From an uncultured Alphaproteobacteria bacterium (GTDB taxonomy: Bacteria; Pseudomonadota; Alphaproteobacteria; SMXQ01): 64,000 nucleotides of DNA. This document shows, in pieces, positions 48,209 to 59,572 of the stretch. Within the stretch, counting starts at the first letter, position 1; every line of letters starts with the position of its first letter. A program made the position numbers and the translations under genes. The notes under the pieces were generated by a model. That model had not been told where the DNA came from and searched no databases. It saw only the letters and a program-made list of their open reading frames with translations. The stretch is taken from contig CAVVYA010000014.1 of the NCBI GenBank assembly GCA_963752345.1, forward strand, positions 102,310-166,309. The letters run 5' to 3'.

Positions 48209-48552
48209 TCATGGCGAGCGCTGTTGTGAAGACCCCCGATCGCGGCTCGGCGCCCTGAGCCGGGCGTCCTTGCGCGGCGGACGAAATGCCGCTCTTCGAC
48301 GGACCAAATGCGTACAAGCCGCCCGGTCTGAATCCGGATGGTTTTTGACGCATTCTCCGGCAGACTGATCAAATTCTATGCCAACGGCAGGGAAGCGCAA
48401 AGACTGCCGCCGTGGCGCGCCGCTTCTTCAGGCGTCCGGCCATTTTGCAGGCATCGCGGCGGCGGTGTTGCGCGCCGGACACGGGCGCGGCGCCATACCG
48501 CGGTCAGCCCAAAGTTTGGGCTTTAAAACGAGGCAGATGGCGAGATTTCAGG

Positions 48553-48586
48553 CAAAAAAAGCCCGGACGGTGGACGCCGTCCGGGC
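48553..48586 (-). terminator. Rho-independent terminator after amtB copy 2.
   Basis: GCCCGGACGG-TGGACG-CCGTCCGGGC, followed by T7 on the minus strand. Confidence 0.65.
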
Positions 48587-48651
48587 AGTTTCACGGAGGA
48601 GGTTGAGGTCCCGGTCCCCGCGACGGCGGAGACCGGGGTCGGCACGGCTGC

Positions 48652-50022
48652 TTAGTGGACCGCCTCGCCATGCAGGGCTTGGTCGAGTCCTTCCCGTTCC
48701 TGCTCTTCGGTGACGCGCAGGCCGATCACCACGTCGATGATCTTGAGCACGATGAAGCTGGCGACGCCGGTGTAGACGGTGGTCGCCAGGACGCCGACCA
48801 CCTGGAGCCAGACCTGGCCCGGGTTGCCCTCGAGCAGGCCTTGATAACCGTCCGGCAGGGCCGTCGAGGCCGACAGCGCGCCGACCGCGAAGACGCCGGT
48901 CAGGATGGCGCCGACGATGCCGCCGACGCCGTGCACGCCGAACACGTCGAGCGAGTCGTCGTAGCCGAGCGCGTTCTTCACCCAGGTCGAGGCGATGAAG
49001 CAGATCACGCCCGCGGCGATGCCGATGATCAGCGCGCCGCCCGGCAACACGAAGCCGGAGGCGGGCGTGATGGCGACGAGGCCGGCCACCGCGCCGGACA
49101 CGATGCCGAGCACCGAGGGTTTGCCCTTGGTGATCCACTCGACGAACATCCAGGCGAGCGCCGCGGCCGCCGTGGCGACCTGAGTCACCGCCATGGCCAT
49201 GCCCGCACGGCCGCCGGCGGCCAGCGCCGACCCGGCGTTGAAGCCGAACCAGCCGACCCACAGCAACGACGCGCCGATGATGCTGAGCGTCAGGTTGTGC
49301 GGCGCCATCGGGACCTTGCCATAACCGGTGCGCTTGCCGAGCACCAGGCAGGCGACCAATCCGGCGACACCGGCATTGATGTGCACCACGGTGCCGCCGG
49401 CGAAGTCGAGCACGCCCAAGCCGAACAGCCAGCCCGACGGCGCCCAGACCCAATGGGCGATCGGCGCGTAGATCAGGACCGACCACAGGCCCATGAACCA
49501 CAGCAGCGCCGAGAACTTCATGCGGTCGGCGAAGGCGCCGGTGATGAGCGCCGGCGTGATGATCGCGAAGGTCATCTGGAACATGAAGAAGACCACTTCG
49601 GGAATCGTCGTGGCGACGGCGCTTTCGCCGCTGCCCAACGTGAAGGGGCCTTCCCAGCCGATGCCCCGGGCGAGCACCTTCGACAGGTCGCCGACATAGA
49701 GGCCGCCCTCACCGAAGGCGAGGCTGTAGCCGAGGAATGTCCACAGCAGGGTGACGAGACAGCATACGGCGAAACTCTGCATCATGATGGCCAGCACGCT
49801 CATCTTGCGCACCATGCCGCCGTAGAACAGGGCGAGGCCGGGAACGGTCATCAGCAGGACGAGCGCCGTGGCGGTCAGCATCCACGCGGTATCGCCGGTG
49901 TCGATCTTGGGAACTTCGGCCGCTGCCGCGGCGGCGTCCTGGGCGAAGCTCGGGCCGGCGAGGGCCACCGCCCCGAGGGCGACGGCGACCAGCCATGCGG
50001 ACATTGATTTCAGACGGTACAT
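48652..50022 (-). CDS. amtB: Ammonium transporter AmtB (copy 2, intact).
   Basis: Intact ORF of about 456 aa with a signal peptide and the conserved AmtB core (DFAGGTVVHINAGV...). Confidence 0.85.
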   Translation of the reverse strand: MYRLKSMSAWLVAVALGAVALAGPSFAQDAAAAAAEVPKIDTGDTAWMLTATALVLLMTVPGLALFYGGMVRKMSVLAIMMQSFAVCCLVTLLWTFLGYSLAFGEGGLYVGDLSKVLARGIGWEGPFTLGSGESAVATTIPEVVFFMFQMTFAIITPALITGAFADRMKFSALLWFMGLWSVLIYAPIAHWVWAPSGWLFGLGVLDFAGGTVVHINAGVAGLVACLVLGKRTGYGKVPMAPHNLTLSIIGASLLWVGWFGFNAGSALAAGGRAGMAMAVTQVATAAAALAWMFVEWITKGKPSVLGIVSGAVAGLVAITPASGFVLPGGALIIGIAAGVICFIASTWVKNALGYDDSLDVFGVHGVGGIVGAILTGVFAVGALSASTALPDGYQGLLEGNPGQVWLQVVGVLATTVYTGVASFIVLKIIDVVIGLRVTEEQEREGLDQALHGEAVH

Positions 50023-50035
50023 TAGCGTGTTCTCC

Positions 50036-50500
<465 letters not shown>

Positions 50501-50529
50501 TTAAGCCAAAGCGCTACGGGACTGTTCAT

Positions 50530-50545
50530 TTCAAGGATTGTGCCG
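50530..50545 (-). promoter_or_regulatory. Candidate sigma-54 (-24/-12) promoter upstream of glnK-2.
   Basis: The minus strand reads CGGCACAATCCTTGAA. GG and TTG are spaced as in the TGGCAC-N5-TTGCA consensus, but position -12 is GA rather than GC. Confidence 0.25.
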
Positions 50546-50760
50546 CTTCGCTCGAGCGCCGGCGAAAGCACGGAATCTCAGGGTTTGGGCCGAAAACAGA
50601 CCGGTAGGACCGTTGGCGCGGAGCCTGATGATTGCCTAATTTTTCGGCTTCGAAGCAAATGTGCTGAATAAATGATCAAGCTGCCCTTGCGGCGCGCCGC
50701 AAACGCAGGGGCGGCCTCGATCGCTCGCCCATCGCGGCAGGCGGAATGTTAGAAGAAACC

Positions 50761-52150
50761 ATGAGCGAGACTCCCGTGAGCAGACCGACCTCCCGCATCA
50801 TCGCCGATCCGACGGGCTCTGACGCGGCCGTCCCCGACCTCGCCGTCCCCGACCTCGCCGTCGATGTGCTGATCGCCGGCGGCGGCATGGTCGGCCAAAC
50901 CCTGGCGGTGGCGCTCGGCGGCGCCGGCCTCGGCGTGGCGCTGATCGACCGCGCCGATCCGGCGAGCATGCTCGACGCCGGATTCGACGGACGCGTCTCG
51001 GCGATCGCCGCCGGCTCGCGCTGCGTGCTCGAGGCGCTCGGCGTGTGGCCCGCGCTCGCGCCCGCCGCGGAGCCCATCCTCGACATCCGGGTCACCGAGG
51101 CCAATTCGCCGCTGTTCATCCATTTCGACCACGCGAATCTGGCGCGCGCCGGTTTGCGCAACAGTCTGTGGCGCCGCGCCCGGCTCGGCGACGCGGACGA
51201 TCCGCCGGCGACACCGTTCGGCCATATCGTCGAGAACCGCGTCATTCGTGCCGGCCTGATGCAGCGCCTGGCGGCGTTGCCCAATGTGACGCTGATCGCG
51301 CCGGCGGAACTCGTCGATGTCGGCAACGAGCCGGCGCGCGCGGTGGCGACGCTTGAGCGACGGGCGCCGCATCGCCGCATCCCTGGTGGTCGGCGCGGAA
51401 GGGCGCGAGTCGATGCTGCGTCAGAGCCGCGGGATCGCCGCGACGCGCTGGAGCTATGCGCAGACCGCGATCGTCTGCACCGTGACCCACGAGCTGGCGC
51501 ACGGCGGCGTCGCCCACGAGCGGTTCTTTCCGGTCGGGCCGTTCGCCATTCTGCCGATGACCGACGGGCGCGACGAGCATGGCGCCGTGCAGCATCGCTC
51601 GTCATTGGTCTGGGTCGAGCGCGCCGATCTCGTCCCCACCATGCTGAAGCTGGCGGCGCCGGATTTCGACGCCGAGATCGCGCGCCGCTTCGGCGATTTT
51701 CTCGGCGCCGTGCGCGCCATCGGGCCGCGCTGGTCCTATCCGCTCGGGCTGATGCATGCGGAACGTTATACCGACGAGCGGCTGGCGCTGATCGGCGACG
51801 CCGCCCATTCGATTCATCCGCTCGCCGGCCAGGGCCTCAATCTCGGCATTCGCGACGTGGCGGCGCTCGCGGAAGTGCTGGTGGATGCGCGCCGGCTCGG
51901 CCTCGACATCGGCTTCGGCGAGGTGCTGTCGCGCTACGAACGCTGGCGCCGCACCGACAATGTGGCGCTCGCCGCGGTGACCGACGGACTGAACCGGCTG
52001 TTCTCGAATTCGTTCCGCCCGCTCGCGCTGGCGCGCGATCTCGGTCTCGCCGCGGTCCATCGCATGCCGCCGCTCAAGCGCTTCTTCATGCGCCATGCCA
52101 TGGGCCAGGTCGGCGATCTGCCGCGCCTCGTGCGCGGCGAGCCGCTGTAG
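50761..52150 (+). CDS. ubiH: UbiH/UbiF/Coq6-family FAD-dependent ubiquinone-biosynthesis hydroxylase, with frameshifts.
   Basis: VLIAGGGMVGQTLAVAL (FAD-binding GxGxxG), ...GDAAHSIHPLAGQGLNLGIRD... Confidence 0.75.
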
Positions 52151-52331
52151 CGCGCGCAGTGCCGCCGCACGCACCCCCGCGCGAATGGCCGGCGCGCGGA
52201 CATAAACTTGGCGTGACGCGCGGAACTCGCGTGCGCCGCCGGCTGTTGACCAAGTGCCGGCGCGCGCCGCCGTGCCGTTCTCCCAGCCGGGCGAGCGTTC
52301 GCGCTTGGGAGTTCGGCCGATTTCCGTGGGG

Positions 52332-53222
52332 ATGCGGGTTCATCATCTGAGTTGCGGAACGATGTGCCCGCTGGGCGGCCGCTTCATGTATGGCGCCCAC
52401 CGGGAACGCGATCGCCACCGCCTGGTCTGCCATTGCCTGCTCATCGAAACCGAACATCACGGCCTCGTTCTGGTCGACACCGGCCTCGGCCTGCGGGATG
52501 TGCAGGCGCCGCGCGAACGGCTGAGCGGCGTCTTCCGCGTGCTCAACCGCGTGCGTCTCTATGACAAGGAAACGGCGGTCCGTCAGATCGAGGCGCTCGG
52601 CTTCCGCGCCGCCGACGTGCGCCACATCGTGCTCACCCATCTCGATTTCGACCATGCCGGCGGCATCGAGGATTTTCCCCACGCGGCGGTCCATGTGCTC
52701 GGCACCGAGCTCGACGCGGCGCGCCATCATCGGCGCGGTCTCATCGCGCGCGGCCGCTATCGGCCGCAGCAGTGGGACGGCGCGGTCGATTGGCGGACCT
52801 ACGACGCGGGCGGCGAGCCGTGGTTCGGCTTCGCCAGCGTGCGCGCGTTGCAGGGACTGCCGCCGGAGATTGTCATGGTGCCGCTGGCCGGCCACACCTG
52901 GGGCCATTGCGGCATCGCCGTGCAAATGCCCGACCGCTGGCTGCTCCATGCCGGCGACGCCTATTTCCACGCCGACGAGATGGACCCGGCCGAGCCGCGC
53001 TGCCCGCCCGGTCTGCGCCTCTATCAGCGCATGATGGAGGTCGATCGCCGCGCCCGGCTGACCAATCAGGAGCGGCTGCGCAGCCTGGTCCGCAGCCATG
53101 GCGCGGACGTGGAGCTGTTCTGCGCCCACGATGCGGCGGAATTCATCCGGCTGCGCTGGACCGAACAGGTGCGCCCGGCGGCGGCGCGGCCGGCGCGTCG
53201 GGGCGTCAGAGGTCGCGGCTGA
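52332..53222 (+). CDS. MBL-fold metallo-hydrolase.
   Basis: THLDFDHAGG (HxHxDH), later GHTWGH. Confidence 0.7.
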   Translation: MRVHHLSCGTMCPLGGRFMYGAHRERDRHRLVCHCLLIETEHHGLVLVDTGLGLRDVQAPRERLSGVFRVLNRVRLYDKETAVRQIEALGFRAADVRHIVLTHLDFDHAGGIEDFPHAAVHVLGTELDAARHHRRGLIARGRYRPQQWDGAVDWRTYDAGGEPWFGFASVRALQGLPPEIVMVPLAGHTWGHCGIAVQMPDRWLLHAGDAYFHADEMDPAEPRCPPGLRLYQRMMEVDRRARLTNQERLRSLVRSHGADVELFCAHDAAEFIRLRWTEQVRPAAARPARRGVRGRG

Positions 53223-53809
53223 GCCGCTTGGCCTTGAGCGCTTCCTCGTAGGCCTGCCACAAGCGGTCGTGGTTGACGCCGAGCTCGTGGAGATAGGCCC
53301 AGGAGAAGATCCCGGTGTCGTGGCCGTCGTCGAACACGATGCGGATGGCGTAGTTGCCCACCGGCTCGATCTCGCGCAGGCCGACCTGGCGCTTGCCGCC
53401 GACCGTGACCTGCTGACCGGGGCCGTGGCCCATCACCTCGGCCGAGGGCGAATGGACGCGCAGGAATTCGGCGGTGAATTCGAAGGTCTCGCCGTCGTCG
53501 AAATCGACCTCGATTTTTTTCTCGGCGCGGTTCAGCCGCAGCTCTTCCGGAAACGGCCCGTGATGGCCATGGTCGTGCCCATGCCCATGCCCATGGTCGT
53601 GATCGTGGTGCGGATGATCGTGCCCGTGATCGTGGCGCCGTGATCATGGTGCGCGTGGCCATGGTCGTCGTGCCCATGGTCGTCGTGTTTGTGCGCGGCG
53701 GGCCGCCTGGCCGTACCCTTGGCGCCGTGATCGTGTCCGTGATCGTGCCGTGTTTATGATCATGCGCGCCGTGATCATGTCCGTGCTTGGGGTCGTTGCC
53801 CGCCGTCAT
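53206..53809 (-). CDS. Histidine-rich N-terminal domain fused to a DUF971 (gamma-butyrobetaine-hydroxylase-N-like) domain. Frameshifts lie inside the repetitive His-rich stretch.
   Basis: N-terminal MTAGNDPKHGHDHGAHDHKHG..., then HD/HG repeats in other frames. C-terminal FPEELRLNRAEKKIEVDFDDGETFEFTAEFLRVHSPSAEV...NYAIRIVFDDGHDTGI. Confidence 0.5.
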
Positions 53810-53855
53810 CGTTCGCTCCGCGCTGCTGATTGTCGTTGCTTGTGAAAGAGGCCGC

Positions 53856-54123
53856 TCAAGACGGCGCGCTCTCGTCGATCCGGCGCGCCTCGTCGACCAG
53901 CATGATGGGGATGCCGTCGCGGATCGGATAGGCCAGGCCGGCCCGCTCGCTCACCAGCTCCTGGCGCTCCACGTCGTAGCGCAGCGGGTCCTTGGTCAGC
54001 GGACAGACGAGAATTTCGAGCAGCTTGCGGTCGACCGTGCGCGGTCCGCCGCGCTCGCCGCTGGCGCGCCGGCGCCGGGTCCTCGGGCGGCGTCGGTGCG
54101 CCGTCGGCGGGCAGGTCGGTCAT
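53856..54123 (-). CDS. Trm112/YcaR-like small protein (UPF0434), with one frameshift.
   Basis: [48 protein letters not shown]. Confidence 0.55.
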
Positions 54124-54160
54124 GATGGCTCTCCCTTGTTCATCGCCCTGCGCCGGCGGA

Positions 54161-54844
54161 TCAATGGCGCGTCGGCGGCGGCGTGTCCTCCGGGTCGCCC
54201 GGCGGGCTCACCGCGCCCATTTCGAGCAGCGCGGCGAGGATCTGGGCGCGCGCCGCGAGTCCGTTCGATTCGAGCAGCGCCTGCTTGTCGGTCGGCTCGA
54301 ACGGACAGCTCATGGACAGCGTCGTCACCAGTTGCGTGTCGTCCATCTTCTTGATCGCGTCCCAGTTGGCGCTGACGTTGTTGGCGCGGAAATAGCGCTG
54401 CAGCGCCTTCAGGATGCGCGCCCGGCCGAGGTCGCCGGCCGATTCGCCGTGGTCTTCCATATCGCCGCGGAACGGCGCGTAGTCGGCCACCACGCGGCGG
54501 TAGCCGTCGGTCAGGTCGAGCTCTTCCTTGACGCGGAAGCGGATCACGCCGCGCAGGGTGATGAGATAGCGGCCGTCGTCGGACTCCTGGAAGCTGACGA
54601 TGCGGCCGGCGCAGCCGGTCGGAAACAGCGCCGGGCCGCGCTCGGTGTCGCCCAGGCCGGTGGGCTGGATCATGCCGATCAGGCGGTCGCCGCGCAGCGC
54701 GTCGCGCGTCATGGCGAGATAGCGCTTCTCGAAGATGTTGAGCGGCAGCTTGCCGCGCGGCAGCAGCAGCACCCCGGCGAGCGGAAATACCGGAATGACC
54801 GCCGGCAGATCCTCGAACGTCGGGTCGAAGGGGTTTTTCGCCAT
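54161..54844 (-). CDS. Lon N-terminal (LON substrate-binding) domain protein.
   Basis: Intact 227 aa ORF: IPVFPLAGVLLLPRGKLPLNIFEKRYLAM. Confidence 0.7.
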   Translation of the reverse strand: MAKNPFDPTFEDLPAVIPVFPLAGVLLLPRGKLPLNIFEKRYLAMTRDALRGDRLIGMIQPTGLGDTERGPALFPTGCAGRIVSFQESDDGRYLITLRGVIRFRVKEELDLTDGYRRVVADYAPFRGDMEDHGESAGDLGRARILKALQRYFRANNVSANWDAIKKMDDTQLVTTLSMSCPFEPTDKQALLESNGLAARAQILAALLEMGAVSPPGDPEDTPPPTRH

Positions 54845-54871
54845 TCGTCTGTCCGGCCTCCGCCGCGGTGG

Positions 54872-55817
54872 TCAGGAGAACAAGATCGACGAAAGCTGAC
54901 GCCGGCCGTTGAGGGTGACCTCGTGGGTCGGGCCGAGCGCCTCGAAAATCTTGATCAGCTGCTTGCGCGCCGCGCCCTCGTTCCACTCGCGGTTCTTGCG
55001 GATGCTGTCGAGCAGGCTGTCGACGGCGTCCTGCGGCGCGCCGGCGGCGAACTGGGCGGTGGCGAGATCGATGCGCGCCTGGTGATCGTCGGCATCCTGC
55101 GCCACCGCGGCCTTGAGCTTGTCGAGCTCGCCGGTGCTGGCGCCGCTCTGTTCGGCGAGCTCGACCTGGGCGCGTACCGCGGCGATGGCGGGCGGCTCGG
55201 ACTGGCCGGGTTCCGGCTTGTAGGCGTCGAGCGCGCTCTTCGCCTGCGCGAGCTGGCCGGCGGCGAGATAGGCGCGCGCCATGCCGGCGACCGCGTCGAC
55301 ATTCTTCGGGATCCTGGGCGAGCACCTCGGCATAGATGGCGATCGCCGTGTCGGTGTCGCCTTCCTTGAGCATCGCCTCGGCCTCGGCCATGGCCTCCTT
55401 GCAGGCCCTGCTCGGCCGGCGACGGTCCGCCGGCGAGGGCGGCGACGAACTGGCGCAGCTGGCTTTCCGGCAGGGCGCCCATGAAGCCGTCGACCGGCCG
55501 GCCGTCCTTGAAGGCGTAGACCGCGGGGATCGACTGGATGCGCATCTGCGCCGCCAGCTCCTTGTTCTGGTCGATGTCGATCTTGACCAGGCGGATGCGG
55601 CCCTGCTGCTCGCGCACGATCTTTTCCAGCGTCGGGCCGAGCTGCTTGCACGGGCCGCACCACGGCGCCCAGAAATCGACGATCACCGGCGTGGCGAACG
55701 AGGCGTCGATGACATCCTGCATGAAGGTGGCGGTCGAGGAATTCGATCACCGGGTCGCCCGCCGCAACGGGCGCGCCGGGCGCGCCGCCCGAGACCGGAC
55801 AGCGCGCCGCCGCCCAT
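54872..55817 (-). CDS. ybbN: Thioredoxin-TPR co-chaperone (YbbN/CnoX-like), with a frameshift.
   Basis: VIVDFWAPWCGPCKQLGPTLEKI thioredoxin motif, then a TPR-like C-terminus in a second frame. Confidence 0.6.
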
Positions 55818-56258
55818 CGCTGACGCGGCGCCGCCGCCGGATCCCATTGCGCCGGACAGCGTCGTGCCGAAGCTGGCGCTGGCGTTACCTTGGGATTGGC
55901 GCGGGCGCCTGCGGCGGATTTTGTCCGGTTGGTCCGGCGCTGGCGCGGCCGAACGGGCCGTCCCCGAAACTTGCCATGGTTGTTCTCTCTTCGAAACCGT
56001 TAGGGGATTGAGGGAATTGACCTATAGATGGCGCGTTCCCGCCCGCTCGGCAAGTCTGCAGGTGCCCGCGACGGCCGCTCACGGCGGCGCTTCGGCGCGA
56101 AATTCGCCCATTCCGGCCGGAAAAAGGACAGCGCCGCCGCGCCGTCCGGCACGCGGCACGGGCGGGTTGCAATGCCCGGCGCAATCGGTATTATCCCGCT
56201 CCTTCCCGCCGCCCCCCGGCCGATTGCCGGCCGATCAGCGGGGCGGACAGGCGCCAGA

Positions 56259-56333
56259 GCGGGCGTAGCTCAGGGGTAGAGCACAACCTTGCCAAGGTTG
56301 GGGTCGAGGGTTCGAATCCCTTCGCCCGCTCCA
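56259..56333 (+). tRNA. tRNA-Gly (GCC).
   Basis: GCGGGCGTAGCTCAGGGGTAGAGCACAACCTTGCCAAGGTTGGGGTCGAGGGTTCGAATCCCTTCGCCCGCTCCA: 7 bp acceptor stem, anticodon loop TTGCCAA, T-arm GGTTCGAATCC, encoded CCA. Confidence 0.9.
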
Positions 56334-56412
56334 AATTTCATTTCCGAATCGACGGATTCCGTGGTCCGGCCCGGGCCTGTGACCACCCCGGCGCGGCCAC
56401 CCCGCGTTTGCA

Positions 56413-57288
56413 TCAATCCGTGGCGCTCTTGCGGATCTGGCGCGCCCATTCGATGACCTCGGGCGGCGCGTTGTAGGCGCGCCGCAGCACCGCTTCCGCC
56501 TCGGCGCCGCTGATCGCGCCGATCTCCAGATTGCGGCTCTTCGCCTCGGCGAGGAAGTCCGCGTCGCGCAGCGTGGCGTCGAAGGCGGTGCGCAGCGCGG
56601 CCAGCCGTTCCGGCGGCAGGCCGGGCGGCGCGCTCCACTGGCGCTCGATGTCGCTCGGCGCGAACGACAGCGCGAGCACCGCCCGCCGCTTCGCGTCCTT
56701 GGCGTAGTCGATGGCGAGCGGCACGCCCTGCAGGTCGGGCCGCGACTTGTCGCTGAGCTGGACCAGCGGAATCGCCTTCTTGTCGCGCAGCCAGTCGGAG
56801 GCCTGGGTCTCGAAGAACGACCAGCTCGCGCACAGCCCGTCGACCTCGCGCCGCTCCATGGCGAGCTTGATGTCGGTGGTGCCGGGATAGCCTTTCACCA
56901 GATTGAACTTCACGCCGAGCACGTCCTTGAGGAACAGCGGCAGCTGGTGGATGTCGGTGAACAGGCCGGTGGTGCCGATGCGCACCGCGGTGTTGAACGC
57001 GTCGGCGAATTTCGTCGCCGGCGCCTCGTGCCACACGACGCAGACCTTGGTCTCGTTGTTCATGGCGCCGATCAGGCCGAACTTCGCCGCGTCGAACCGC
57101 GCGCCCTCGAGCTCGAACAGCGGGATGAACAGCACGCTCGCGGTGAACATGCCGAACTCGCTGCCGTCCCTCGGCGCGATGTTGTAGAGGTGGTTGGCGA
57201 GATTGAGTCCGCCGCCGCCGCCCGGCATGTTCTTGACGATGGCGCGCGGGGTGCCCGGGATGTGGCCCGGCATGTGGCGCGCCAGCAC
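56413..57288 (-). pseudogene. 5'-truncated paralog of the 6638..7672 solute-binding protein. About 75 N-terminal residues, including the signal peptide, are missing.
   Basis: MLARHMPGHIPGTPRAIVKNMPGGGGGLNLANHLYNIAPRDGS aligns with residues about 78 onward of copy 1. The ORF begins exactly where the foreign DNA starts. Confidence 0.6.
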
Positions 57289-57293
57289 GCGCG

Positions 57294-57780
57294 TCAGTTT
57301 CTCGCGTCGGAGACGGAGAACCAGTACTTGCGGAGCAGGATGCCGTCGTCGATCAGCATCTGCTCGAACAGCGGGGCCTGCCGCAAGAACAACGCGTGCT
57401 GCTGCGGTGAGCAGAAGCCCATCACCTTCTCGACTCCGGCCCGGTTGTTCCAGGAGCGGTCGAAGACGACGATCTCACCCGCGGCGGGCAGGTGGGCGAT
57501 GTAGCGCTGGAAGTACCACTGGGACTTCTCGCGCTCGGTCGGGTCGGCAGGGCCGAGATCCGGGCGACGCGGGGACTCAGGTACTCGGTGACCGTTTGAT
57601 GGTCCCGCCCTTGCCGGCGGCGTCACGGCCCTCGAAGATCACGACGATCCGCGCCCCGTGTGGCGTACCCACTCCTGCAGCGTCGCCGCTCCGACTGCAA
57701 CAGGGACACCTCGGCCTAGAGACCTGGTTCGGATCTTGCGCTGCCTCGGGTGCTTCGTGCTGTCGGCTTTCTTGGTCATG
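57294..57780 (-). pseudogene. Polyphosphate kinase 2 (PPK2) fragment, actinobacterial-like. The C-terminal third is missing and there are internal frameshifts.
   Basis: MTKKADSTKHPRQRK...LQEWVRHTG.. [73 protein letters not shown]...[11 protein letters not shown]. Confidence 0.6.
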
Positions 57781-58134
57781 GGCGGAAGCTAGCGAAGTCG
57801 AGCAGTCGAGGAAAGGGGTTCTACTGACATATCCTTCGGTGCGGGAAGTCGTCGGTCGTCGCGGGATCCAGTTGACGAACTACCGCGAGAGCCGCACTCA
57901 GCCGGTGACGTCCCGGTAGCGACTGCGATCCCCGAAGACGGCTCGTCGCAGCAGGACTGGTCACCGCCGTTGCACCGATGATCGACGTAGTGGACAGTCG
58001 GCCGGCAACGGTCGTGGCGAGGGAGTACGAGTGACCGACAACACCGCAGCCGCGCCAACCCCGTACCCCCGTCTGGTCCACCGGAAGGTGGAGTTCCGGG
58101 TCGAGGCGCCATCGGCCACGAACGTTCAAGTGCA

Positions 58135-58481
58135 GCTCCCGGCATGCCGGTCGAGTTCGAAGAGATCGCCCGCATCGACGGCGCCGGCCCGTGGAAGACG
58201 TTCTTCCTGATCATGCTGCCCAACGCCAAGCCGGCGGTGGTCACGTTGGCGATCTTGTCGTTCCTGGCCAACTGGAACGACTTCATCTGGCCCATCTACG
58301 TGCTGTTCTCCCCCGAACGACTCACCTTGCCGGTCGGGCTCAGCAAGCTGCAAGGCTCCTACACCATCGACTACCCGTGATCATGGCCGGCGCCATCGGC
58401 TCGGTGCCCGTGCTGATCTTGTATGCGCTCGTGGAGCGCTACGTCATCGAAGGTGTCGCCTCCAGCGGGGTGAAGGGATGA
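58135..58481 (+). pseudogene. C-terminal fragment of a carbohydrate ABC-transporter permease (MalG-like).
   Basis: FLANWNDFIWPIYVLFSPERLTLPVGLSKLQGSYTIDYPVIMAGAIGSVPVLILYALVERYVIEGVASSGVKG*. There is no N-terminal half. It is preceded by an unrelated N-terminal fragment (MTDNTAAAPTPYPRLVHRKVEFRVEAP, 58022-58134). Confidence 0.55.
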
Positions 58482-59471
58482 GCGTCCCCACCCGCCCGCC
58501 GCCACCTCGCCCCAGCTCAGCTGGCCACGTACTGCAATCCGGTCTACGACGGCTACCTCGCCGACCCGTACGTGCTGGCCGGGAGGACGGCTAGCTCGCC
58601 TACGGCACCGGACCCACCGACGACGGACGGGTGTTCCCGATCCTCCGCTCTGCCGACCTGGTGCACTGGACCCCGGTCGGGGGGCGATGGAGCCGGTCGC
58701 GACGGAGCTGGGCGCCGACTACTGGGCGCCGGAGGTGGTCGAAGCCGACGGCCGGTTCTGGCTGTACTACTCCGTCGGCCACGGTGACCACCGGCACCAG
58801 CTGCGGGTCGCGGTCGCGACACCCCCCTCGGCCCGTTCACCGACGCCGGGATCGACCTGACTCCGCACGAGAGCTTCGCGATCGACCCGCACCCGTTCTG
58901 CGACGACGACGGCACCTGGTACCTGTACTACGCCCGTGATGTCCTCGACGCCGACCGGGTCGGCACCCACCTCGCCGTCGCCGAACTCACGGACATGACC
59001 AGCCTGTCAGCACCGGCCACTGCGGTGCTGGCCCCGACCGCGGACTGGCAGATCTTCCAACGCGACCGAGAGATGTACGGGGCGTCTACGACTGGCACAC
59101 CCTCGAAGGACCCGTCGGTGCGCCGGCACGGCGACCGCTACTACTGCACCTACTCCGGCGGCTCCTACCTCGACGAGAGCTACCACGTCGCCTGGGTCGC
59201 CGCCCCCCACCCCCTCGGCCCCTGGACCGAACCGGCCGGTGCGCCGAACCAGCTCCTGGCCACCGTCCCCGGACACGTCCGCGGCCCTGGCCACAACAGC
59301 ATCTTCACCACCCACCAAGGCCAGGACCTGCTCGTCTACCACGCCTGGAACGCCGACGGCACCCAACGTCAGATGTGTCTCGACCCTCTCACCTGGAACA
59401 GGAACGGGCCCACCACCACCGGCCCCAGCTGGACCGAGCAGGCACTCACTCCTGACCCTCTCTCCACCTGA
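58478..59471 (+). CDS. Glycoside hydrolase family 43-like protein, with several frameshifts.
   Basis: The ATGA overlaps the permease stop. YCNPVYDGYLADPYVLA, YAYGTGPTDDGRVFPILRSADLVHWTPVGG, GRFWLYYSV, DPHPFCDDDGTWYLYY, DRYYCTYSGG. Confidence 0.55.
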
Positions 59472-59572
59472 CTCACCCCGGCTATTCACCAACGCACGAG
59501 CAGTCACCTCGGCCCCCGCCGAGTCCCTTCCACGAACACCTACCAGGCATCCGCAGAAAGGATCGTGCCCTA

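Noticed and set aside
48330-48430. Possible sigma-54 promoter for glnK-1.
   Set aside because: The best candidate (GGCGG-N-TTTGC) has the wrong -24 to -12 spacing and a poor -24 element.
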